From: the human T2T-CHM13v2.0 reference genome, Homo sapiens
Strand: one strand, 5' to 3'
Length of the DNA stretch: 64,000 nucleotides
Assembly: GCF_009914755.1 (NCBI RefSeq)
Contig: NC_060925.1
Part shown: positions 1 through 13,117 of the stretch, piece by piece
Layout: every line of letters starts with the position of its first letter
How positions within the stretch are numbered: position 1 is the first letter of the stretch
Program-made: the position numbers and the translations under genes
The notes under the pieces: model-generated
Seen by the model: only the letters and a program-made list of their open reading frames with translations
Told to the model about the DNA's origin: nothing
Database searches by the model: none

Positions 1-377
1 TGGGAGTCTCCAGGCTTAAAGGTCTTCCAGAAACACACTGCACTCAAGGAAAGACACTGGGCCCTCCTGTGGTGGTATTTTAGCAATTACACAGAGGCAT
101 TCACTACATTTTTTTACTAGGTCATTTCCTTTAGTTCATTTTATTCCCATCTACAGTCCACAAGATGCTCTTGTGCTGTAATGATTCACTGCCGATAAAT
201 GAAAAGTCAATGATACTTTTAGGTCAAAGGTGGGTGTACATTTAGTAAACCATTGGTGCAGATTCACAATTATCTAATATGTAGGGATAACTGTATTTTT
301 CTTAGTATGTACTTGTTATCAAGGAGTAACTTTTTTCTTACCACAGTAACAGGGTTTGAATGTATTTTATATGATAC

Positions 378-1014
378 TGTCAGAGGCGTTTAAACCAGAG
401 CAACTCCATCTTGCATAGGCGCTGGGTAAAATAAGACTGAGACCTACTGGGCTGCATTCCCAGGAAGTTAAGTCACTCTTAGTCACAGGATGAGATAGGA
501 GGTTGGCACAAGATATAGGACACAAAGACCTTGCTGATAAAACATTATGTGGTCAAGAAGCCTGCCAAAACCCACCAAAACCAAGATGGTGATGAAAGTG
601 ACCTCTGCTCTCCTCACTGCTCATTATATGCCAATTATAATGCATTAGCATGTTAACAGTTACTCCCACCAGTGCAGTGACAGCAGTTTACAAATGCCAT
701 GACAATGTCAAGAAGTTACCCTGTATGGCTTCAAAATGGGAGAATCCCTCAGTTCTGGGAATGGCCCACCCCTTTCCTGGAAAACTCATGAATAATCAAC
801 CTCTTGTTTAGCATATAATCAAGAAATAACTATAAGTATCTCCTTAGTCCAGCAGCCCAAGCTGCTGCTCTGCCTATAGGGTAGCCATTCTTTATTGCTT
901 TACTTTCTTAAAACTTGCTTTCACTTTCCTCTATGAGCTCACCCCAAATTCTTTCTTGTGCAAGATCCAAGAACCCTGTCTTGGGGTCTGGATCAGGACC
1001 CCTTTCTGGTAACA
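378..1014 (+). mobile_element. MER41B-type ERV1 solo LTR
   Basis: Begins TGTCAGAGGCGTTTAAACCAGAGCAACTCCATCTTG and ends GGTAACA, as in the MER41 consensus. 4-bp TSD ATAC at 374-377 and 1015-1018. Confidence 0.85.
753..782 (+). promoter_or_regulatory. Tandem GAS (STAT1) motifs inside MER41B
   Basis: TTCTGGGAA at 753-761 and TTCCTGGAA at 774-782; both fit TTCnnnGAA. Confidence 0.65.
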
Positions 1015-1393
1015 ATACCAAGAGGGAATACTAATTAAAAAACTAGTTTAAAGTTAAGATAACTTACACTAAAATAAACCAAAGATTCTTGTATACTGGT
1101 AATAGCACTGTGTGGAATTACAAATCCATACCCAAACAATCTACCTGACAAAGTAAGATCATATAATTTAACCAGATTAAGTATTTTTGCATCTACTATG
1201 CTGAGCAACCAGAACTAGGTAGGCACTATTGCTATGAATTTTCCTAGTATTTGTTTAAAAAAATTCACTATAGACCTGGTAAACAATCAATTACAATCCC
1301 ATCTGATATAGTTGTGACCCTGTCCTCAGTTTGTAATGCTTCTAGCTAACATTTACAGTGAACCCATTTTGTGATAGGAACTGATCTAAGTAC

Positions 1394-1829
1394 TGTCAGG
1401 CCTCTGAGCCCAAGTCAAACCATCGCATCCCCTGTGACTTGCATGTATACGCCCAGATGGCCTGAAGTAACTGAAGAATCACAAAAGAAGTGAAAAGGCC
1501 CTGCCCCGCCTTAACTGATGACATTCCACCATTGTGATTTGTTCCTGCCCCACCTTAACTGAGTGATTAACCCTGTGAATTTCCTTCTCCTGGCTCAGAA
1601 GCTCCCCCACTGAGCACCTTGTGACCCCCGCCCCTGCCCACCAGAGAACAACCCCCTTTGACTGTAATTTTCCATTACCTTCCCAAATCCTATATAAGAC
1701 GGCCCCACCCTTATCTCCCTTCGCTGACTCTCTTTTCGGACTCAGCCCACCTGCACCCAGGTGAAATAAACAGCTTTATTGCTCACACAAAGCCTGTTTG
1801 GTGGTCTCTTCACACAGAGGCGCATGAAA
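1394..1829 (+). mobile_element. HERV-H 5' LTR (LTR7 family, probably LTR7Y)
   Basis: TGTCAGGCCTCTGAGCCCAAG start, TATA-like TATATAA at ~1691, AATAAA at ~1765, ends CGCATGAAA. Subfamily is from recalled consensus. Confidence 0.85.
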
Positions 1830-2587
1830 TTTGGTGCCGTGACTCGGATCAGGGGACCTCCCTTGGGAGATCAATCCCCCATCCTCCTGCTCTTTGCTCT
1901 ATGAGAAAGATCCACCTACGACCTCAGGTCCTCAGACCAACCAGCCCAAGAAACATCTCACCAATTTCAAATCTGGTAAGCGGCCTCTTTTTACTCTCTT
2001 CTCCAACCTCCCTCACTATCCCTCAACTTCTTTCTCCTTTCAATCTTGGCACCACACTTCAATCTCTCCCTTCTCTTAATTTCAATTCCTTTCATTTTCC
2101 GGTAGAGACAAAGGAGACATGTTTTATCCGTGGACCCAAAACTCCGGCGCCGGTCACGGACTGGGAAAGCAGCCTTCCTTTGGTGTTTAATCATTGCAGG
2201 GATGTCTCTCTGATTATTCACCCACGTTTCAAAGGTATCAGACCACGCAGGGACGCCTGCCTTGGTCCTTCACCCTTAGCGGCAAGTCCCACTTTTCTGG
2301 GGAAGGGGCAAGTACCCCAACCCCTTCTCTCCTTGTCTCTACCCCTTCTCTGCTTTTCTGGGGAAGGGGCAAGTACCCCAACCCCTTCTCTCCTTGTCTC
2401 TACCCCTTCTCTGCTTTTCTGGGGAAGGGGCAAGTACTCCAACCCCTTCTCTCCTTGTCTCTACCCCTTCTCTGCTTTTCTGGGGAAGGGGCAAGTACCC
2501 CAACCCCTTCTCTCCTTGTCTCTACCCCTTCTCTGCTTTTCTGGGAGAGGGGCAAGTACCCCTCAAACCCTTCTCCTTCACCCTTAG
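1724..2587 (+). other. ESRG-like (HERV-H LTR/pre-gag) open reading frame with non-AUG start; coding status unproven
   Basis: Frame of ORF 1658..2587 reads LTLFSDSAHLHPGEINS...IWCRDSD...RDACLGPSPLAASP, closely resembling the HERV-H-derived ESRG peptide. CTG at 1724-1726. Confidence 0.5.
1832..1849 (+). other. Primer-binding site complementary to tRNA-His
   Basis: TGGTGCCGTGACTCGGAT immediately after the 5' LTR. Confidence 0.9.
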
Positions 2588-2740
2588 TGGCAAGTCCCGC
2601 TTTCCTGGGGCAGGGTCAAGTACCCCTCAACCCCTTCTCCTTCACCTTTAGCGGCAAGTCCCGCTTTTCTGGGGGAGGAGCAAGTACCCCTCAACCCCTT
2701 CTCCTTCACCCTTAGTGACAAGTCCTGCTTTTCTAGGGGG
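2295..2740 (+). repeat. 61-bp tandem array in the HERV-H leader, followed by diverged related units
   Basis: AGTAC anchor recurs at 2311, 2372, 2433, 2494 and 2555 (period 61), then variant units to ~2740. Confidence 0.9.
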
Positions 2741-3728
2741 CAAGAACCCCCAATACCTTATTTCCACACCCCAACCTCTTATCTCTGTGCCCCTATCCCT
2801 TATTTCCGTGCCCCAAACCCCCTTCCCGCTTTTCAGGAGGGTAAGAACCCCTGAACCCCTTCCCTCCATGTCTCTACGCTCTCTTTTCTCTGGGTTTGCC
2901 TCCTTCACTATGGGCAACCTTCCACCCTCCATTTCTCCTTCTTCTCCCTTAGCCTGTGTTCTCAAAAACTTAAAACCTCTTCAACTCACACCTGACCTAA
3001 AACCTAAATGCTTATTTTCTTCTGCAATGCCGCTTGACCCCAATACAAACTCGACAGTAGTTCCAAATAGCCAGAAAATGGCACTTTGAATTTTTCCATC
3101 CTGCAAGATCTAAATAATTCTTGTCGTAAAATAGGCAAATGGTCTGAGGTGCCTGACGTCCAGGCATTCTTTTACACATCAGTCCCTTCCTAGTCTCTGT
3201 GCCCAGTGCAACTCGTCCCAAATCTTCCTTCTTTCCCTCCCACCTGTCCCCTCAGTACCAACCCCAAGCGTCGCTTAGTCTTTCTAATCTTCCATTTCTA
3301 CAGACCCATCTGACCTCTCCCTTCCTCCCAAGGCTGCTCCTCTCCGGGCCGAGCTAGGTCCCAATTCTTCCTCAGCCTCTGCTTCTCCACCCTATAATCT
3401 TTTTATCACCTCCCCTCCTCACACCTGGTCCGGCTTACAGTTTCGTTCCGTGACTAGCCCTCCCCGACCTGCCCAGCAACTTACTCTTAAAAAGGTGGCT
3501 GGAGCCAAAGGCATAGTCAAGGTTAATGCTCCTTTTTCTTTATCCCAAATCAGAAGCATTTAGGCTCTTTTTCATCAAATATAAAAATCCAGCCCAGTTC
3601 ATGGCTCGTTTGGCAGCAACCCTGAGATGCTTTACAGCCCTAGACCCTAAAAGGTCTAAAGGCCGTCTTATTCTCAATATACATTTTATTACCCAATCTG
3701 CTCCCGACATTAAATAAAACTCCGAAAA

Positions 3729-4019
3729 TTGGAATCTGGCCCTCAATCCCCACAACAGGACTTAATTAACCTCATCTTCAAGGTGTACAATAACAGAAAA
3801 AAGTTGCAATTCCTTGCCTCCACTCTGAGACAAACCCCAGCCACATCTCCAGCACACAAGAACTTCCAAATGCCTGAACCACAGCAGCCAGGCTTTCCTC
3901 CAGAACCTCCTCCCCCAGGAGCTTGCTACATGTGCCGGAAATCTGGCCACTGGGCCAAGGAATGCCCGCAGCCCAGGATTCCTCCTAAGCCGCGTCCCAT
4001 CTGTGTGGGACCCCACTGA
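3729..4019 (+). pseudogene. HERV-H gag remnant (nucleocapsid CCHC zinc knuckle)
   Basis: CYMCRKSGHWAKEC = CX2CX4HX4C. Confidence 0.85.
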
Positions 4020-4199
4020 AAATCGGACTGTTCATCTCACCTGGCAGCCACTCCCAGAGCCCCTGGACCTCTGGCCCAAGGCTCTCTGACTGACTCCTTC
4101 CCAGATCTTCTTGGCTTAGCGGCTGAAGACTGACACTACCTGATCGCCTCGGAAGCCCCCTGGACCATCACGGATGCCGAGCTTCCGGTAACTCTCAGA

Positions 4200-4388
4200 G
4201 TGGAAGGTAAGCCCGTCCCCTTCTTAATCAATATGGAGGCTACCCACTCCACATTACCTTCTTTTCAAGGGCCTGTTTCCCTTGCCTCCATAACTGTTGT
4301 GGGTATTGACGGCCAGGCTTCTAAACCTCTTAAAACTCCCCAACTCTGGTGCCAACTTAGACAATACTCTTTTAAGCACTCCTTTTAG
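4200..4388 (+). pseudogene. HERV-H protease remnant
   Basis: FLINMEATHS is a degenerate FLxDTGA motif; frame ends in an early stop. Confidence 0.75.
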
Positions 4389-4575
4389 TTATCCCCACCT
4401 GCCCAGTTCCCTTATTAGGCTGAGACACTTTAACTAAATTATCTGCTTCCCTGACTATTCCTGCACTACAGCTGTATCTCATTGCCGCCCTTCTTCCCAA
4501 TCCAAAGCCTCCTTTGCGTCCTCCTCTTGTATCCCCCACCTTAACCCACAAGTATAAGATACCTCTACTCCCTCC

Positions 4576-6330
4576 TTGGCGACCGATCATGCACCCCTTA
4601 CCATCTCATTAAAACCTAATCACCCTTACCCCACTCAACGCCAATATCCCATCCCGCAGCACGCTTTAAAAAGATTAAATCCTGTTATCACTCACCTGCT
4701 ACAGCATGGCCTTTTAAGGCCTATAAAATCTCCTTACAATTCCCCCATTTTACCTGTCCTAAAACCAGACAAGCCTTACAAGTTAGTTCAGGATCTTCAC
4801 CTTATCAACCAAATTGTTTTGCCTATCCACCCTGTGGTGCCAAAACCATATACTCTCCTATCCTCAATACCTGCCTCTACAACCCATTATTCTGTTCTAG
4901 ATCTCAAACATGCTTTCTTTACTATTCCTTTGCATCCTTAATCCCAGCCACTCTTTGCTTTCACTTGGACTGACCCTGACACCCATCAAGCTCAGCAAAT
5001 TACCTAGGCTGTACTGCCGCAAAGCTTCACAGGCAGCCCCCATTACTTCAATCAAGCCCAAATTTCTTCCTCATCTGTTACCTATCTCGGCATAATTCTC
5101 ATAAAAACACACGTGCTCTCCCTGCCAATCGTGACCGACTGATCTCTCAAACCCCAGAACCTTCTACAAAACAACAACTCCTTTCCTTCCTAGGCATGGT
5201 TAGTGCGGTCAGAATTCTTACACAAGAGCCAGGACTGCACCCTGTAGGCTTTCTGTCCAAACAACTTGACCTTACTGTTTTAGCCTAGCCCTCATGTCTG
5301 CGTGCAGCGGCTGCCACTGCTTTAATACTGTTAGAGGCCCTAAAAATCACAAACTATGCTCAACTCACTCTCTACATTTCTCATAACTTCCAAAATCTAT
5401 TTTCTTCCTCATACCTGATGCATATACTTTCTTCTCCCCGGCTCCTTCAGCTGTACTCACTCTTTAGGTCTCACAATTACCATTGTTCCTGGCCCGGACT
5501 TCAATCTGGCCTCTCACATTATTCCTGATATCACACCTGACCCCCATGACTGTATCTCTCTGATCCACCTGATATTCACCCCATTTCCCCATATTTCCTT
5601 CTTTCCTGTTCCTCACCCTGATCACGCTTGATTTATTGATGGCAGTTCCACCAGGCCTAATCGCCACACACCAGCAAAGTCAGGCTATGCTATAGTACAA
5701 GCCACTAGCCCGCCTCTCAGAACCTCTCATTTCCTTTCCATCCTGGAAATCTATCCTCAAGGAAATAACTTCTCAGTGTTCCATCTGCTATTCTACTACT
5801 CCTCAGGGATTATTCAGGCCCCCTCCCTTCCCTACACATCAAGCTCGAGGATTTGCCCCCACCCAGGACTGGCAAATTAGCTTTACTCAACATGCCCGAG
5901 TCAGGAAACTAAAATACCTCTTAGTCTAAATAGACACTTTCAACTGAATAAGTAAAGACCTTTCCTACAGGGTCTGAGAAGGCCACCGCAGTCATTTCTT
6001 CCCATCTGTCAGACATAATTCCTCAGTTTAGCCTTCCCACCTCTATACAGTCTGATAACAGACCAGCCTTTATTAGTCAAATCAGCCAAGCAGTTTTTCA
6101 GGCTCTTAGTATTCAGTGAAACCTTTATATCCCTTACAGTCCTCCATCTTCAAGAAAAGTAGAACGGACTAAAGGTCTTTTAAAAACACACCTCACCAAG
6201 CTCAACCACCAACTTAAAAAGGACTGGACAATGCTTTTATCACTTTCGCTTCTCAGAATTCAGGCCTGTCCTCAGAATGTTACACAAGGTACAGTCCATT
6301 TAAGCTCCTGTATAGACGCTCCTTTTTATT
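4576..6330 (+). pseudogene. HERV-H pol remnants (RT fragment, degraded RNaseH/integrase)
   Basis: SPYNSPILPV..LVQDL..VLDLKHAFF RT motifs in ORF 4576..4941; downstream frames are broken. Confidence 0.8.
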
Positions 6331-6952
6331 AGGCCCCAGTCTCATTCGACACCAGACCAACTTAGACTGTGCCCCCAAAATCTTGTCATCCCTACTATCT
6401 TTTGTCTAGTCATACTCCTATTCACCATTCTCAACTACTCATACACACCCTGCTCTTGTTTACACTGCCGGTTTACACTGTTTCTCCAAGCCATCACAGC
6501 TGATGTCTCTTGGTGCTATCCCCAAACTGCCACTCTAAGCTCTTAAAGTAAATAAATAATCTTTGCTGGCAGGACTATGCTGAATCTCCTTAGGCACTCT
6601 CTAATCAGATGTCCTAGGTCCTCCCAATTCTTAGACCTTTTATACCTGTTTTTCTCCTTCTGTTATTCCATTTAGTTTCTTAGTTCATCCAAAACGGTAT
6701 CCAGGCCATCACCAATCATTCTATACGACAAATGTTTCTTCTAACAACCCCACAATATCACCCCTTACCACAAGACCTCCCTTCAGCTTAATCTCTCCCA
6801 CTCTAGGTTCCCACGCCGCCCCTAATCCCGCTTGAAGCAGCCCTGAGAAACATCGCCCATTCTCTCTCCATACCACCCCCCAAAATTTTCGCCGCCCCAA
6901 CACTTCAACACTATTTTGTTTTATTTTTCTTATTAATATAAGAAGGCAGGAA

Positions 6953-7384
6953 TGTCAGGCCTCTGAGCCCAAGCCAAGCCATCGCATCCCCTGTGACTTG
7001 CATGTATACGCTCAGATGGCCTGAAGTAACTGAAGAATCACAAAAGAAGTGAAAAGGCCCTGCCCCGCCTTAACTGATGACATTCCACCATTGTGATTTG
7101 TTCCTGCCCCACCTTAACTGAGTGATTAACCCTGTGAATTTCCTTCTCCTGGCTCAGAAGCTCCCCCACTGAGCACCTTGTGACCCCCGCCCCTGCCCAC
7201 CAGAGAACAACCCCCTTTGACTAATTTTCCATTACCTTCCCAAATCCTATAAGATGGCCCCACCCTTATCTCCCTTCGCTGACTCTCTTTTCGGACTCAG
7301 CCCACCTGCACCCAGGTGAAATAAATAGCTTTATTGCTCACACAAAGCCTGTTTGGTGGTCTCTTCACACGGACGCGCATGAAA
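6953..7384 (+). mobile_element. HERV-H 3' LTR
   Basis: Copy of 1394-1829, preceded by the purine tract AAGAAGGCAGGAA. Confidence 0.9.
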
Positions 7385-7487
7385 AGTACTAAACATGAAT
7401 TAATTCATTTTATCTTTACGACAACCCTAGGAAGTAAACAGTTACTATCCTTATTCCTGTTTTTATATACAAGGAAACTGAAGCATA

Positions 7488-8179
7488 TGTTACCTGGGCA
7501 TCCTTGTTCTTAGAGCTTCCAAGATGGTGGCAAGCCTCTTGTTCTCTGACCTGGGGTTCTTGGCCTCACGGATTTCAAGGAATGGAATCTTGGACCATGC
7601 GGTGAGTGTTATACCTCTATTCAGCTCGATTAGGACGAACTCGGGGCACTTAGCCCTCGCAGGAACAATGGCGAGCCTCTAGCCCGATTGGGAGCGGCAG
7701 TGGGCGCTGCCTCACTGGGTCAGAAGTGCAGCAGACACCCTGCCGGATCTAGAGGGGTGAAGTCAGCCGCGGGTCTGCGACAGCGGCAAACAGCAGTGGT
7801 GGACAGCGAGCAAAAGCTCAGCTCGAGCAGTAATAAATATGGACCAGAAGAATGCAGTTGCAAGATTTAATAGAGTGAAAAACAGAGCTCCCATAAAGTG
7901 GGAGGGGACCCAAAGGGGGATGCCGCTCCCTGCTCCAATGCTGGTGTTTATATCCCGATCATTGTCCCTCCCCCTGTGCTCTCAGGCGATATATGATTTC
8001 ACTATTTCTTTACCTCCTGCTTTAGCCTAACTTGTATTTTAGTGAGCCCTCTTTACTACCTGATTGGTTGGGTGTGAGCTGAGTTACAAGCCCCATTTAA
8101 AGGTGGGCGTGGTCACCTTCCATAGCTAGGCTTAGGAATTGTTAGTCGGCCTAGGAAATCCAGCTAGTCCTATCTCTCA
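7488..8179 (-). mobile_element. LTR17 (HERV-W) solo LTR
   Basis: Reverse complement starts TGAGAGATAGGACTAGCTGGATTTCCTAGGCCGACTAA and ends GGTAACA. 4-bp TSD CATA at 7484-7487 and 8180-8183. Confidence 0.85.
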
Positions 8180-8264
8180 CATAGAAACTTTTTTCTAGTA
8201 CATAAAAATGAAATTAATTTATTTCCATAATCATGAGGTACATACAATGTTGTGATATGTACTT

Positions 8265-9060
<796 letters not shown>

Positions 9061-10325
9061 GAAGCAAAGAGAATTTAAGTGAATGGCACAAAGTAACCCA
9101 ACAAAGTTTGGGGAGCCAGAGTTCAGACCCAGGTAGACCAGCTCAAGAGTTCATGTTCTTTGTCATCCTCCTGTGAGCTCTCTGTAAGTCTCTTTCTTGC
9201 CCATCACCACATCCCTAGTACTGGGTATCAGTCTGGCCACTTGGCTTTCTGGTTTGCCCCAATGTGGTCTATTCTTGATGCAGCTACCAAAGTAATGTTT
9301 TAAAACCATTATACCAAGTTACTATCCTTGTCAAAACCCCCAGTAACTGCCAATCTCACTTAGAATAAAATCCGGACTCCTGTGAAGCACAGCATAAACT
9401 GGCCACTGCCTATGCAGCAACCTCATCTTTACCGTTTCCTGCCTTGCTCACTCCCTTCCAGCGCCGTTATTCTTCCTGATGCCCCTAGTACACAACAACT
9501 CCTTCCTGCTCCAAGAGTAGGAAAATTACTGTTCTCTCTGCCAGTGAGATTCCTCTTCTGGTATTACCTTTGCTTCATTGCTGAATCTTCTCCAATATCA
9601 TCTTCTAAAAAGAGCCTTTTAAAATCACCTTTTCTATTATGCCCTACTCATTTCCAGTCCCTGAATTGCCCATTCCCCACTTCATAGCACTTATTGCTAT
9701 CTGAAATTACACTAAATGTCACCTTCATGATGGTAGGCAATTTATTGCCTTTGTCACTGTTATGTCTAGAGAACAAGCAGCTGGCTCATAGTAGGCACTC
9801 AACAAATATTTGTTCAATGAATGAATTTATAAATGAATGCCTATCTAATAACAGATATACATTTTTTTGAACGAATAAGTCAATGCCTTTTGTCTTGAAG
9901 ATGAAACACAGATAATTTTAATACAATGTGAAAAAGTGTATGGGTGTGTAGAAGAGGGGTTCTTAGAGTTTCTGGAGAGAATGATTCTGAGCTCGGTTTT
10001 GACAAAAGAGGAGCTACTGAGGCTAAAAGTGGATGAAAAGGGCCTTCTAATTAAAAGAAACAAGACAGGACTCAGAGGTGTGAAACAAATATTATGCATG
10101 GTGAATTACAATGAGTTGGGGGTATTCTGTAGCCCTAAAGTACAAGGTATAAAGAGACAGAAAATGATCCTGGAATATAGACAGAGGATACTTCATCTCT
10201 CATGAGCAATGAAATGAAAATATTAAAAAGCTCTTATCAAACACAATTATCTTGCACTTATAAGTTAATGGAATCTATCAATTTAAAAATTATCATTTGT
10301 TCTTATTCATCTTTTTTTAACCCAG

Positions 10326-10412
10326 ATATTAAGAGTGATTGCTAGCATCCAGATAAAGAAAGGTAAAGGACATCTTTAGACACAAGGACAACAATCACAA
10401 GTTGTTAGTGCA
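10326..10412 (+). pseudogene. MCCC2-like relic exon A, 5' part
   Basis: Follows pyrimidine tract and CCCAG. Reads ...IFRHKDNNHKLLV(H), like the family motif rH..rgKL..ReR. In-frame stops near the start. Confidence 0.55.
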
Positions 10413-12658
10413 TGTATTAGTCTGTTATCATGCTGCTGCTAAAGACATACTTGAGACTGGGAAGAAAAAGAGGCTTAATTGGACTTACAGTTCCACCTGG
10501 CTGGGGAGGCCTCAGAATCATGATGGGAGCTGAAAGGCACTTCTTACAGGGCAGCAGCAAGAGAAAATGAGATGGTTGCAAAAGTGGAAACCCCTGATAA
10601 AACCATCAGATCTCGTGAGACTTATTCACTACCACGACAACAGTATGGGGGAAACCACCCCCATAATTCAAATTATCTCCCACTGGGTCCCTCCCACAAC
10701 ACATGGGAATTATGGGAGCTACAATTCAAGATAAGATTTGGCTGGAGACACAGAGCCAAATCATATCATCCCACCCCTGGCCCCTCCAAATCTCATGTCT
10801 TCCCCTTTCAAAACTAATCATGCCTACCCAACATTCCCCCAAAGTCTTAACTCATTTCCACAGTCCAAAGTCTCATCTGAGACAAGGCAAGTCCCTTCTG
10901 CCTATGAGCTAGTTACTTCCTAGATACAATGGGGGTACAGGTATTGAGTAAATACAGCCATTCTAAAGGGGAGAAATTGGCCAAAACATAGGGGTTACAG
11001 GGCCTATGCAAGTCCGAAATCCAGTGGGGCAGTCAAATTTTAAATCTCCAAAATGATCTCCTTTGACTCCAGGTCTCACATCCAGGTTATGCTGATGCAA
11101 GAAGTGGGTTCCCATGGTCTTGGGCAGCTCCACTCCTGTGACTTTGTAGGGTACAGCCCCCCACCTGGCTGTTTCCATGAGCTGGCATTGAGTGTCTGTG
11201 GCTTTTCCAGATGCATGGTGCAAGCTGTTGGTGGATCTACCATTCTGGGGTCTGGAGGATAGTGGCCCTCTTCTCACAGCTCCACTAAGCGGTACCTCAG
11301 TAGAGACTCTGTGTGGGGGCTCTGACCCACAGTTCCCTTCCGCACTGCCTTAGCAAAGGTTCTCCATGAGGGCCCCGCCCCTGCAGCAAATTTCTGCCTG
11401 GGCATCCAGGTGTTTCCATACATCTTCTGAAATCTAGGCAGAGGTTCCCAAACCTCAATTCTTGACTTTTGTGCACATGCAGGCTCAACATTACATGGAA
11501 GCCACCAAGGCTTGGGGCTTCCACCCTCTGAAGCAACAGCCCAAGCTGTACCTTGGTCCCTTTAAGTCATGGCTAGAGTGGCTGGGAGGCAGAACACCAA
11601 GTCCCTGGACTGCACACAGCATCGGCACACAAGGTCTGGCCCATGAAACTATTTTCTCCTAGGCTTCCAGGCCTGTGATGGAAGGGGCTGCCATGAAGAT
11701 CTCTGACATGCCGTGGAGACATTTTCCACATTTTCCTGTGGAGTAACATTCAGCTCCTTGTTACTTATGCAAACTTCTGCAGCTGGCTTGAATTTCCCCA
11801 CCGAAAATGGGTTTTTCTTTTCTATTGCATAGCCAGGCTGCGAATTTTCTGATCTTTTATGCTCTGCTTCCCTTGTAAAACTGAATGCCTTTAATAGCAC
11901 CCAAGTTACCTTTTGATTGCTTTGCTGCTTAGAAATTTCTTCCACCAGATACCCTAAATCATGTCTCTCAAATTCAAAGTACCACAAATCTCTAGGGCAG
12001 GGACAAAATGCCACCAGTCTCTTTGCTAAAACATAATGTGAGTCATCTTTGCTCCGGTTCCCAACAAGTTCCTCATCTCATCTGAGACCACCTCAGCCTG
12101 GAATTTACTGTTCTTATTGCTATCAGCATTTTGGGCAAAGCCATTCAACAAGTCTCTAGGAAGTTCCAAACTTTCCCACATTTTCCTGTCTTCTTCTGAG
12201 CTCTCCAAACTGTTCTAACATCTGCCTGTTACCCAGTTCCAAAGTCACTTCCACATTTTTGGATATTTTTCAGCAGCGCCCCACTCTACTGGTACTAATT
12301 TACTGTATTAATCCATTTTCATGCTGCTGATAAAGACATGCCCGAGACTGGGAAGAAAAAGAGGTTTAATTGGACTTACAGTTCCACATGGCTGGGGAGG
12401 CCTCAGAATCATGGTGGGAGGAGAAAGACACTTCTTACATGGTGGTAGCAAAAGAAAATGCGAAGGAAACAAAAGCAGAAACCTCCAATAAAACTATCAG
12501 AACTCATGAGACTTATTCACTACCATGAGGACAGTATGGGGGAAACTGCCCCCATGATTCAAATTATCTCCCACCAGGTCCCTCCCACAACAGGTGGGAG
12601 TTATGAGAGTACAATATAAGATGAGATTTGGATGGGGACACAGAGCCAAACCATATCA
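10413..12658 (-). mobile_element. Full-length THE1 (ERVL-MaLR, THE1A-like): LTR-internal-LTR
   Basis: LTRs at 10413-10768 and 12304-12658 (TGTATTA...CATATCA) around a ~1.5 kb internal region. TSD GTGCA / CTGCA. Confidence 0.9.
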
Positions 12659-12663
12659 CTGCA

Positions 12664-13117
<454 letters not shown>

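Larger units (their letters stand above)
1394..7384 (+). mobile_element. HERV-H provirus with both LTRs; gag/pro/pol degraded, env largely deleted
   Basis: Near-identical LTRs at 1394-1829 and 6953-7384. 5-bp TSD AGTAC at 1389-1393 and 7385-7389. tRNA-His PBS, polypurine tract before the 3' LTR, and gag/pro/RT remnants in retroviral order. Confidence 0.95.

Noticed and set aside
2295-2740. Regularly spaced repeats resembling a CRISPR array
   Set aside because: Units are contiguous with no unique spacers, and they lie inside a HERV-H provirus in primate DNA.
3729-6330. HERV-H gag/pro/pol as functional genes
   Set aside because: Fragmented by stops and deletions; the protease catalytic Asp is lost and no intact YxDD is visible.
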